From: Actinomycetota bacterium
GTDB taxonomy: Bacteria > Actinomycetota > Acidimicrobiia > Acidimicrobiales > JAMCQF01
Length of the DNA: 55,837 nucleotides
Assembly: GCA_023379605.1 (NCBI GenBank)
Contig: JAMCQF010000120.1
Coordinates: 1-55,837 of the forward strand
Direction: 5' to 3'
Shown here: positions 36,846 to 45,172 of the stretch, piece after piece
How the letters are laid out: each line of letters opens with the position of its first letter
Numbering within the stretch: position 1 is the first letter of the stretch
The notes under the pieces: generated by a model
The model's input: only the letters and a program-made list of their open reading frames with translations
Databases searched by the model: none
What the model was told of the DNA's origin: nothing
Position numbers and translations under genes: made by a program

Positions 36846-38025
36846 TACCGGTGCCAGCGCGGGCGGCAACCCCAAGCTTCCTGGGAGGCTCGTGGTGACA
36901 ATGAGGCTCTACGACACTGCAAGTGGCTCTGTTATCTCTTTCGATCCCGGCGCCAAGGTGGGGATCTATGTGTGTGGCATAACTCCGTATGACTCCGCCC
37001 ACATTGGCCATGCAGCTGTGTTCTTGGCTTTTGATGTTCTGAGGCGCTACCTAGAGGACTCTGGTGTCGAAGTCCGCCTGGTGCGGAACATTACTGATGT
37101 AGATGACGACATCTTGCGCAAAGCCCGCCAGTTAGGGGTGCACTACCTGGATCTTGCAGTCGAGGAGGTTGCCCGTTTCGATGCGGACATGGACGCCCTC
37201 GGCCTTCTTCCACCTGATTCGGCACCGCGAGCCACCTCTGCCATAGCAGACATCTTGAAGCTCATAGACGCGGTGATAGATCGCGGCTACGCGTACCAAG
37301 CTGGTGGTGCCGTCTACTTCGAGGTCGCAAGGTGCTCGAGATATGGGCACCTCAGTCATCTGGACAGGCAATCGATGCTTGCTCTGGCCGCCGAGCGAGG
37401 GGGGAACCCGAAGGACAGGTCCAAGCGAGATCCTTTGGACTTCGTCTTGTGGCAACCCTCAGCTCCCGACGAGCCAGCCTGGGAATCCCGATGGGGCCCC
37501 GGCCGTCCCGGCTGGCACGTGGAGTGCTCGGCTCTGGCGCTGAGAGAGATCGGGACCACCGTAGACATCCATGGTGGGGGCAGTGATCTCATCTTTCCCC
37601 ACCACGAATGCGAGTCCGCGCAATCTGAGGCGGTCACAGGGGTTGAGTTCGTCCGCCACTGGATGCACGCGGGCATGGTGCGCCTTGGAGGGGAGAAGAT
37701 GTCCAAGTCCCTTGGCAACCTTGTTTTCGTCTCTGACCTGCGCAAGCAGTGGGATCCTGCTGTGATCCGCCTGGCGATACTCTCACGCCACTACAGGGAA
37801 TCCTGGGAGTGGGACCCTGGAATGCTCGAGGTTGCGGCTGGGCGCCTGGCTCGCTGGAGAGCGACTGGAGCAGGTACGGCAGGCTTGAATGCCGTAAGGG
37901 AACGCTTAGCTGACGACCTGGATGTTCCCGGAGCAATAGCGGCAATCGACGAAGCAGCCGGGGCCGGTTTTCCAGGTCCCTACGGGGGGGTGGCATCCGC
38001 CGCTGCCCTTCTCGGGGTCATCTAG
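36802..38025 (+). CDS. mshC: L-cysteine:GlcN-Ins ligase (mycothiol ligase), CysRS paralog lacking an anticodon-binding domain
   Basis: YVCGITPYDSAHIGHA, ERGGNPKD, GPGRPGWHVECSALA, GGGSDLIFPHHE and KMSKSLGN. The PKLPGR..LRLYDT N-terminus and the LADDLDVPGAIAAID ... LLGV C-terminus match Mycobacterium MshC as I recall it. It is about 407 aa, shorter than a true CysS. It overlaps the npdG 3' end by 44 nt. An alternative ATG is at 36901. Confidence 0.8.
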   Translation: MPPYASPDWTGAPNDTGASAGGNPKLPGRLVVTMRLYDTASGSVISFDPGAKVGIYVCGITPYDSAHIGHAAVFLAFDVLRRYLEDSGVEVRLVRNITDVDDDILRKARQLGVHYLDLAVEEVARFDADMDALGLLPPDSAPRATSAIADILKLIDAVIDRGYAYQAGGAVYFEVARCSRYGHLSHLDRQSMLALAAERGGNPKDRSKRDPLDFVLWQPSAPDEPAWESRWGPGRPGWHVECSALALREIGTTVDIHGGGSDLIFPHHECESAQSEAVTGVEFVRHWMHAGMVRLGGEKMSKSLGNLVFVSDLRKQWDPAVIRLAILSRHYRESWEWDPGMLEVAAGRLARWRATGAGTAGLNAVRERLADDLDVPGAIAAIDEAAGAGFPGPYGGVASAAALLGVI

Positions 38026-38210
38026 GGATCTTGCGAGGCCTCGACCTTGTCCGTGCAGTCATTGATCTTCGCTACGCTCGTTGAACTGCACAGCGGTCCG
38101 CAAAGCCCACCGGGCAAGCTGAGCGCCCAACAGGCCGGCACCTGACGAGGTCAGATCCAATCCAGGCGGTGGCGGCCCAGATTACAGATTTTTGAACAAC
38201 TCAACCGAGG

Positions 38211-40175
38211 ATGGCAGGGCCAATGAAAGATCAGCAGCTAGAGCGCAACATCACCGTCGTTCTCCCCGACGGCAGCGAGAAGGCCCTACCCGAGGGGGCT
38301 ACTGCAGCCGACCTTGCTCGCTGCATTGGAAAGCGGCTAGCTGAGGATGCCGTTGCGGCCTTAATGGATGGGAGGGAGGTAGATCTTTCCACCCCTCTGC
38401 GGGACCGCGCTCATGCCCAGATAGTGACGGCCGGCTCTGAGGAGGGGCGGTACATCCTTCGCCACTCCACCGCCCATGTAATGGCTCAAGCCGTCGTGGA
38501 TCTCTGGCCGGGAGCACAGTTTGCTATTGGCCCACCGGTGGCTGATGGGTTCTACTACGACTTTGCCCTGCCGGGTGGCGCCCGTTTCACCGATGAGGAT
38601 CTTGTGCTCATAGAGGCGAGGATGCGCGAGATCATAGCGGAGGATCAGCCGTTTGTAAGAGAGGAGCTTTCGGTTGAGGAAGGGCTGGACCTGTTCTCCG
38701 ATCAGCCTTTCAAGCAGGAGATCATCCGCTCCGTCGAGTCCAGCGGTGCCACTGAGCCGATCAGCTCATATAGGAACACAGATCACTTCGTCGACTTATG
38801 CCGGGGACCGCACGTTCCCTCTACTGGTCGTTTGGGGGCTTTCAAGCTCCTAAGGGTAGCTGGTGCTTACTGGCGTGGAGATGAGCGCAGGCCGCAGTTG
38901 CAACGTATATATGGAACTGCCTGGGAATCCACCAAAGCGCTGGAAGACCATCTTCACAGGTTAGAAGAGGCCGAGAGGCGCGACCATCGGAAGCTTGGCC
39001 AAGAGCTCGACCTGTTCCACTTCCCAACCGAGATAGGTGGAGGACTTCCGGTGTTCCACCCCAAGGGCGGCCTCGTGCGCCACCTTCTTGAGAGCTTCTC
39101 CAAGCAGGAGCACCTGGCTGCGGGATACCAGCTGGTCTGGACCCCCCACATCGCGAAATCGACTCTCTTTGAGACCTCCGGTCACCTGCAGTGGTACGCC
39201 GATGGTATGTACCCGCCCATGGACATGGAGGGGGCCTCTTACTACCTAAAGCCCATGAACTGCCCGATGCACATACTCATATACAGGGATTCGGCTAGGT
39301 CCTACCGTGAGCTTCCGCTCAGGCTGTTTGAGCTTGGCACTGTCTATCGCTTCGAGCGCTCGGGGGTCCTGCACGGGCTGGCAAGAGTCCGATCCCTGAC
39401 CCAGGACGACTCCCATATCTTTTGCACGCCAGACCAGCTTGAAGGGGAGCTCTCATCGCTGGTCCAGTTCGTGCTGGACATCTTGGGTGCGTTTGGCCTG
39501 ACCGACTTTGAGGCAGAGCTTTCCACCCGTCCGGAGAAGTTCGTTGGCGCGCTGGACGACTGGGAGAGGGCTACAGCAGCTCTAAGGGCTGCTTTGGACT
39601 CCAGTGGGATCCCTTACGAGGTTGCCGAGGGAGAGGGCGCATTTTATGCCCCGAAGCTTGACATACATTTGCGCGATGCGATTGGCCGACGGTGGCAGGT
39701 GTCCACGCTACAGGTGGACTTGCAGCTTCCAGCGCGCTTTGAGCTGAGCTACATAGGGCCAGACAACGAGCGGCACCAGCCTTATATGATCCACCGAGCA
39801 CTTTTCGGCTCTGTTGAGCGGTTCTTCGCGATCCTGCTCGAGCATTATGCAGGAGCTTTGCCCACCTGGCTGAGCCCGGTGCAGGTTTGTGTGCTGCCAG
39901 TGCGCGACTCCCATGAGCCATATGGCTTCCAGGTTGCAGCTCGCCTGGAGCAAGCCCAGCTGAGGGTTGAGCTGTATCCGGCTGACGAGCCTTTGGGGGC
40001 ACGGATCAGGAAGGCAAAGCTGGCAAAGGTCCCCTGGGTCCTGGTGGTAGGTGATGAGGACCTGTCCAAAGGCACCGTTGGCGTCAACAGGCGTGGGAGT
40101 GACCGGCCAGAACGCAATGTGGTCCTGGAAGAGGTCGTGTCGCGGATCGCGTTCGAAGTAGATCAGCACAAGTGA
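38211..40175 (+). CDS. thrS: threonyl-tRNA synthetase
   Basis: 654 aa with a TGS domain, HSTAHVMAQA (editing domain), class II motifs (FRNE-like region, RVRSLTQDDSHIF, HRALFGSVERF) and an anticodon-binding C-terminus. Confidence 0.95.
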   Translation: MAGPMKDQQLERNITVVLPDGSEKALPEGATAADLARCIGKRLAEDAVAALMDGREVDLSTPLRDRAHAQIVTAGSEEGRYILRHSTAHVMAQAVVDLWPGAQFAIGPPVADGFYYDFALPGGARFTDEDLVLIEARMREIIAEDQPFVREELSVEEGLDLFSDQPFKQEIIRSVESSGATEPISSYRNTDHFVDLCRGPHVPSTGRLGAFKLLRVAGAYWRGDERRPQLQRIYGTAWESTKALEDHLHRLEEAERRDHRKLGQELDLFHFPTEIGGGLPVFHPKGGLVRHLLESFSKQEHLAAGYQLVWTPHIAKSTLFETSGHLQWYADGMYPPMDMEGASYYLKPMNCPMHILIYRDSARSYRELPLRLFELGTVYRFERSGVLHGLARVRSLTQDDSHIFCTPDQLEGELSSLVQFVLDILGAFGLTDFEAELSTRPEKFVGALDDWERATAALRAALDSSGIPYEVAEGEGAFYAPKLDIHLRDAIGRRWQVSTLQVDLQLPARFELSYIGPDNERHQPYMIHRALFGSVERFFAILLEHYAGALPTWLSPVQVCVLPVRDSHEPYGFQVAARLEQAQLRVELYPADEPLGARIRKAKLAKVPWVLVVGDEDLSKGTVGVNRRGSDRPERNVVLEEVVSRIAFEVDQHK

Positions 40176-40750
40176 CCCTCGATCACATCTGGGCAGGTTG
40201 GCGCAGCGCGTATGTGGGCTCGGTGCCCCAGGGGAGCTCAGGACCGCCCTCAAACCCAGAGCAGGGTTCGATCCACGGGAACGCTGCAGGCCCTGGAGCT
40301 GGCCACCCCTGCGTGTTTTGCGAGATAGCAGCAGCCAACGGCGCATCGGGCATCGGGGACGAAAAGGCGCTGGTGGTCTGGAGGTCCCCCTTGTGCCTAG
40401 CAGTGCTCAATGCCTATCCCTATGCCAGTGGTCATCTACTGGTGATGCCTGTGCGCCATCTCGGATCTCTTGGTGAGTTGGACAAGGAGGAGTCGAGCGA
40501 GCTATGGGAAGCCACCACAGACGCTGTCAGTGCGATCAGCTCAGCCTACGATCCAGACGGGGTCAACTTCGGGGCGAACCTGGGCAGGGCGGCCGGTGCG
40601 GGATTGCCAGACCACCTCCATATACACGTTCTTCCACGATGGATTGGCGACACCAACTTTATGACGACAGTCGCGGGCGTGCGTGTGATGCCGGAGGCTC
40701 TCCAGGAGTCCTGGCTCAAGCTTTCAAGGGCATGGCCGAAGAGAGCGTGA
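40172..40750 (+). CDS. HIT-family nucleotidyl phosphorylase/transferase (Rv2613c-like)
   Basis: NAYPYASGHLLVMP and the histidine triad LPDHLHIHVLPRW. GTGA overlap with thrS. The position after thrS is the same as in mycobacteria. Confidence 0.85.
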   Translation: MTLDHIWAGWRSAYVGSVPQGSSGPPSNPEQGSIHGNAAGPGAGHPCVFCEIAAANGASGIGDEKALVVWRSPLCLAVLNAYPYASGHLLVMPVRHLGSLGELDKEESSELWEATTDAVSAISSAYDPDGVNFGANLGRAAGAGLPDHLHIHVLPRWIGDTNFMTTVAGVRVMPEALQESWLKLSRAWPKRA

Positions 40751-40805
40751 ACAGCAACACCACCGCATCATACCTCCATCGTATATAGCGACCGGGACCC
40801 CTATA

Positions 40806-42926
40806 TCAAGATTGAGTGCTCGCGCGCGCTGGTATGCGCTCTACAAGGTGTGCGGGTACCACGTCGTAGTGGTCATGGATCAAGCTGAACCGTCCACGCC
40901 CCGCGGTGATAGAGCGTAGGTCAACTGCATACCGTGTCACCTCGGCGGTAGGAACCAGCGCTACAATCACCTGTTCGCCATCATCAGCTGACTCTGTACC
41001 CTGGACACGAGCCCGACGCGCGTTCAGATCTCCCAGCACGTCTCCTTGGTAAGCCGAAGGTACCGTGACCTCGATTCGCGATATTGGCTCTAGCAGGACT
41101 GGATCTGCCTGCGCAAGGGCCTCTCGGAAGGCTAGGGCGCCAGCCATCTTGAAAGACATCTCTGAGGAGTCCACGGGATGGTACTTGCCGTCCAGGCAGA
41201 TGGCACGCACATCGACAACTGGATAACCATGGACACCGCCTGAGCTCATGGCCTCCATGATGCCTTTTTCAACAGCTGGGATGAACTGGCGCGGAATAGC
41301 TCCGCCGACGATCTTGTCTACGAACTCGAATCCGGCTCCGCGCTCCAAAGGCTCTATCCGTACCGTTGCCACTCCGAACTGGCCGTGTCCGCCGGTCTGC
41401 TTCTTGTGCTTCCCCTCGGCCTGAGCTGGCGAGGTAATGGTCTCGCGGTACGCTACGACCAGCTCCTCTGTGAGTACCTCGACGCCGAACTTGCGTTGCA
41501 GGCGCTCGCATGTGATTGCCAGGTGGGTCTCGCCGGTCCCCGACAGCACGGTTTGGTGTGTCTCATCCACCCGGTCTACGCGCAGGGACGGATCCTCTTC
41601 TTGGAGGCGATGGAGAGCAGTCATAAGCTTGTCCTCGTCTGCCTTTGACTTCGGCCTTATTGCTATGGACAGGCTTGGAGGCTCGGGGCCGGGGCCGATC
41701 GCCATCACAGGCGTCCCCTTTGGGGCCAGGGTGTCTCCAGTCGCCGTGTTTGCCAGCTTTGGCACCGCAACGATGTCCCCACATGCAGCCACTGAGATGG
41801 GCTCGGCGTCTTTGCCCTTGAGAGACTGAAGGCTGTGGAGCCGTTCTTCTGCATGGGTGCGTGAGTTGACCAACACAGTGTCGGGCGTGATGGTGCCAGA
41901 AAGCACTTTTAGCATGGAGATCTTGCCAACGTAGGGATCCGCCAGTGTCTTGAACACCCTCGCAAGAGGCAGTCCTTTCGGATCACAGCTGATCTGCTGG
42001 GTGGTATCGCCGGCCAGCACCGTTATGTTGTCACGATCCAAAGGGGAGGGACCGATCTCACATAAATAGGTTAGCAGACGATCGATCCCGATCCTTCTAT
42101 GGGCAGACCCGCACACCACCGGATAGACGATCCCAGCTGCCACCCCTCCTGCCAGCGCTTCCTCGAGCTCTGCACTCGAAGGTATATCGCCCTCGAGATA
42201 TCTCTCCATCAAGGAGTCATCTCCCACAACGATGCCTTCTACCAGAGCTTCTCTTACTTCATGCTCGAGCTCGGCAACAGTCTCTGGTAGTGGCGCCGAT
42301 GATGCCTTGCCATCTTGGTAGACTATGGCGGTGTCGGTGAGCAGGTCTGCTATGCCATTGAACTCGGCCTCCTCGCCCAAGGGTAGCTCAAGTGGAGCTA
42401 TGCCCGTTCCGAAGGTCTCTCTCAGCTGGTCAAGGGTTCTCTGGAAACTGGCTCTCTCCCGGTCCAGCTTGCTTACGAACACCATCCGGGCAATTCCCAT
42501 CTGTGCTGCCATGCGCCAGACGGCCTCTGTGCGAACCTCTATTCCCTCAACTGCGCTTACCACCACTACTGCCAGATCTGCCGCTGATAGTGCAGCTGCA
42601 ACCTCTCCCCCGAAGTCGCCGTAGCCGGGGGTATCGAGGAGGTTGATCCTGTAGCCACTATGGTTGAAGCTCGCAAGGGCAGTGGAGGCAGATATGGACC
42701 GCTTCACCTCCTCTGGCTCAAAGTCACAAACCGTAGTGCCGTCCTCTACGCGCCCTGCTCGTGAGATGGCTCCAGAGACATAAAGGAGGGCTTCGGCAAG
42801 CGTGGTCTTCCCTGCACCTCCATGGCCCACCAGGGCCACATTGCGGATCTTGGATGGTGGGTAGTCCGTCAAGTCTCTGCACCTCCGCGGTCGTAAAGTC
42901 GAGCTCCGATTGGCCTTTCCGACCAT
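40806..42926 (-). CDS. elongation factor G-like GTPase (EF-G paralog)
   Basis: G1 HGGAGKTT, G3 DTPGYGDF, and EF-G domains II-V (EPI..IEVTVP, RGRFSLIHDHYD). Start is ATG 42926 or TTG 42938. Confidence 0.87.
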   Translation of the reverse strand: MVGKANRSSTLRPRRCRDLTDYPPSKIRNVALVGHGGAGKTTLAEALLYVSGAISRAGRVEDGTTVCDFEPEEVKRSISASTALASFNHSGYRINLLDTPGYGDFGGEVAAALSAADLAVVVVSAVEGIEVRTEAVWRMAAQMGIARMVFVSKLDRERASFQRTLDQLRETFGTGIAPLELPLGEEAEFNGIADLLTDTAIVYQDGKASSAPLPETVAELEHEVREALVEGIVVGDDSLMERYLEGDIPSSAELEEALAGGVAAGIVYPVVCGSAHRRIGIDRLLTYLCEIGPSPLDRDNITVLAGDTTQQISCDPKGLPLARVFKTLADPYVGKISMLKVLSGTITPDTVLVNSRTHAEERLHSLQSLKGKDAEPISVAACGDIVAVPKLANTATGDTLAPKGTPVMAIGPGPEPPSLSIAIRPKSKADEDKLMTALHRLQEEDPSLRVDRVDETHQTVLSGTGETHLAITCERLQRKFGVEVLTEELVVAYRETITSPAQAEGKHKKQTGGHGQFGVATVRIEPLERGAGFEFVDKIVGGAIPRQFIPAVEKGIMEAMSSGGVHGYPVVDVRAICLDGKYHPVDSSEMSFKMAGALAFREALAQADPVLLEPISRIEVTVPSAYQGDVLGDLNARRARVQGTESADDGEQVIVALVPTAEVTRYAVDLRSITAGRGRFSLIHDHYDVVPAHLVERIPARASTQS

Positions 42927-43011
42927 CACCGGTTGCAAGCCCTGGCTTTTCCGGAGAGGGTCCGAATGCCGACCTTGCCGACAGCCTACAGAAGAAGCCG
43001 GTGGACGGTAG

Positions 43012-43088
43012 CCTTGGCAGCTCTATGCCCAGCTGCCAGCCCCTTGGCAGCTCTATGCCCAGCTGCCAGCCCCTTGGCAGCTCTATGC
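43012..43088. repeat. perfect 30-bp tandem repeat, 2.6 copies, each unit containing the inverted repeat TGGCAGCT-N8-AGCTGCCA
   Basis: Read directly: ccttggcagctctatgcccagctgccagcc at 43012-43041 and 43042-43071, plus a partial copy at 43072-43088. It ends 22 nt before the pgsA Shine-Dalgarno (AAAGGAG, 43110). Confidence 0.97.
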
Positions 43089-43121
43089 TATGGTGTAAAG
43101 ACCAGCGGAAAAGGAGCCGCC

Positions 43122-44066
43122 ATGTTTGACGGGCGCTGGCGCCTAGCAGTAGACAAGAGAACAGCACCGGTTGCAAAGATCCTCAAAGGTGTAGGCCTAA
43201 GCGCAAATGTGCTAACGGTGACCGGCGTGATTATGGCCGTCGTGGCCGCTGTGGTGATCGGAACCGGGCACTTCGGTTGGGCCGTGCTGCCGCTTGCTGC
43301 CTGTGGAGTGCCAGATCTTCTGGATGGGCCGCTTGCGAAGGCCACGGGTAGCACCTCTACAAGAGGTGCCTTCCTGGATTCCGTGGCGGACAGGGTCACC
43401 GATGCCATTCTGCTCGGCGGTGTGGCATGGTACCTGGCGGGGACCCACCATCCTCATGAGGCAGTCCTTCCCCTGGCAGTGCTGGGAGTGGCTTTCGCTG
43501 TCTCATACCAGAGGGCAAAAGCAGAGTCACTGGGCCTGTCGGCACGCGGCGGGCTTATGGAACGTGCGGAGAGGATGATCCTGCTTGGCGTGGCTTTCCT
43601 TTCCCCCCTGCTGCTCGTTCCGGTGCTATGGCTGCTTTTAGTGCTGACAGGTGCCACAGCCGTGCACCGTTTTGCCAGAGTATGGCGTCAGTCATCGCTG
43701 CCCGCCCCTCCTGGTGCAACCAACGCCGCGGTCTTTGGAGATGCCGGCAAGGGAGATCAGGCGGAGGCTCTGCGCGTTCAGCGGTTTCGTCGGGCAGCCT
43801 CTGTGGCTCGTAGGGACCTGCTGCGCAGCGGGCGCCAGGCCAAGGATAGCTCCAATAGGGACCGGGTGCGGCCGGTAGGTCCTGGCGAACCGTGGTGGAG
43901 CCAGTGGAGAGGGGTGGACGCACCAGCAGCCAGGTGGCGGGCCCGACGCCAGGCAGTTGGTTCTGCGACCACGAGAAGGTGGGCACGCGATCAGGCCCGA
44001 GCCAGAAGGAGCAGCGGGCGATGGCATGCACATGGAGATAGCTCTGGAACTGCTTCGGACTCTTAG
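43122..44066 (+). CDS. pgsA: CDP-alcohol phosphatidyltransferase (phosphatidylinositol-phosphate synthase type) with a long basic C-terminal extension
   Basis: DLLDGPLAKATGSTSTRGAFLDSVADRVTD matches D(x)2DG(x)2AR...G(x)3D(x)3D. The ATG at 43122 is preceded by AAAGGAG. It occupies the syntenic position of mycobacterial pgsA1. The upstream part of the listed ORF merely translates the repeat. Confidence 0.8.
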   Translation: MFDGRWRLAVDKRTAPVAKILKGVGLSANVLTVTGVIMAVVAAVVIGTGHFGWAVLPLAACGVPDLLDGPLAKATGSTSTRGAFLDSVADRVTDAILLGGVAWYLAGTHHPHEAVLPLAVLGVAFAVSYQRAKAESLGLSARGGLMERAERMILLGVAFLSPLLLVPVLWLLLVLTGATAVHRFARVWRQSSLPAPPGATNAAVFGDAGKGDQAEALRVQRFRRAASVARRDLLRSGRQAKDSSNRDRVRPVGPGEPWWSQWRGVDAPAARWRARRQAVGSATTRRWARDQARARRSSGRWHAHGDSSGTASDS

Positions 44067-44104
44067 GCGCTACGCCAGCCACGGATATCCCACCTGATGT
44101 ATTG

Positions 44105-45163
44105 ATGCTACAGAGCTCTGTGGGGATGTTCGCGCAGGCTGAGGAGTCAACTTCTCGTGGCGCGCGCAGTTCCAGGATCGTGAAAGCATCGAGGGCAAAG
44201 GCCACTTATTGGACCTACAGAGCTCTAAACGCAGCAATTGCGGTAGTCCCCGAGCTTTTAGCCGAGATGGGAGGGGTCATTGCCAGCTACGGGATGCTGG
44301 TGAGCGATCCTGATCGGCGACTCCTGGTGGCCAGACACCAAGACCGGGTTGCTGGGACCAAGCTGGATGAAGCCAGCTCAAGGCAAGCGGTGAGAAGGGC
44401 CTACAGGCACTATGCACGTTACTGGGTTGAGTCGGCAAGGTTGCCAGCGATGCCCCCCGCACAGGTGAAAACCCGGATGTTGCGTGTGGAGGGATTTCAT
44501 CATCTAAAAAGCGCTGTCGAAGAGGGCAGGGGGGCGATCATCGCCCTCCCGCATCTTGGTAGCTGGGACTTTGGAGGCGCGTGGCTCGCCTTGCAGGGAA
44601 TGCCGATGACGACGGTAGCTGAGAGGCTCAATCCGCCAGAGCTATTCGAGTGGTTTGCACGACAACGCAGCTCTATAGGCCTATCCATCTATCCTATGGG
44701 AGCCGATGCTGGCAAGGCCGTCCTGGGGGTGCTGCGCTCAGGTGGGATTGTTGGGCTGGTGTGTGATAGGGATCTGAGTGGAAACGGCGTAGAGGTCGAG
44801 TTCTTCGGTGAACGCACGACCATTCCGGCTGGTCCAGCAGCGCTCGCACTTCGCACCGGCGCTGCACTGCTGCCAGCAGCGGTCTACTCCGGCCCTGGGC
44901 GCGACCACCATGCAGCGGTGCTTGGCAGAGTGCCAGCAGAGCACTCTGCCGGGTTTAGGACAGACGTCGCCCGGGTCTTACAGGAAGTTGCGCTACAGCT
45001 TGAGAGCCTTATACGAAGAGCGCCTGAGCAGTGGCACATGTTCCAGCCCAACTGGCCCAGTGACTACGATCGCAGCGCTTGGTCACCTAAAGCCACGATG
45101 GATGGGAAACCCTACAGCGAAGAGGATGTGGCGCCCAAACACCCAGACAGGCAAGGGGGGTGA
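44105..45163 (+). CDS. LpxL/HtrB-family acyltransferase (PIM acyltransferase PatA-like)
   Basis: ALPHLGSWDFGG (HX4D/E-type motif), LVCDRDLSG and GPAALALRTGAALLP. It sits between pgsA and pimA, as mycobacterial Rv2611c does. Confidence 0.78.
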   Translation: MLQSSVGMFAQAEESTSRGARSSRIVKASRAKATYWTYRALNAAIAVVPELLAEMGGVIASYGMLVSDPDRRLLVARHQDRVAGTKLDEASSRQAVRRAYRHYARYWVESARLPAMPPAQVKTRMLRVEGFHHLKSAVEEGRGAIIALPHLGSWDFGGAWLALQGMPMTTVAERLNPPELFEWFARQRSSIGLSIYPMGADAGKAVLGVLRSGGIVGLVCDRDLSGNGVEVEFFGERTTIPAGPAALALRTGAALLPAAVYSGPGRDHHAAVLGRVPAEHSAGFRTDVARVLQEVALQLESLIRRAPEQWHMFQPNWPSDYDRSAWSPKATMDGKPYSEEDVAPKHPDRQGG

Positions 45164-45172
45164 GCCCCAGGC

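Noticed and set aside
38026-38210. T-box leader, tRNA or other structured RNA in the 185-nt spacer upstream of thrS
   Set aside because: Only a 7-bp stem (GTGCAGT...ACTGCAC, 25-nt loop) and a short CTGAC/GTCAG hairpin are visible. There is no T-box (AGAGA/specifier/T-box sequence) and no tRNA T-loop signature.
43012-43088. CRISPR array
   Set aside because: The repeats are directly contiguous with no spacers, there are only 2.6 copies, and there are no cas genes in the window.
42933-43121. N-terminal extension of the pgsA ORF translating to LAALCPAASP repeats
   Set aside because: It is just the 30-bp DNA tandem repeat read in frame. The real start (ATG 43122) has a good SD and begins the conserved domain.
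43555-44205. 216-aa minus-strand ORF opposite the pgsA tail and the acyltransferase start
   Set aside because: It has no motif or RBS and spans a gene junction on the other strand. It is noted only because the pgsA tail on the plus strand is itself uncertain.
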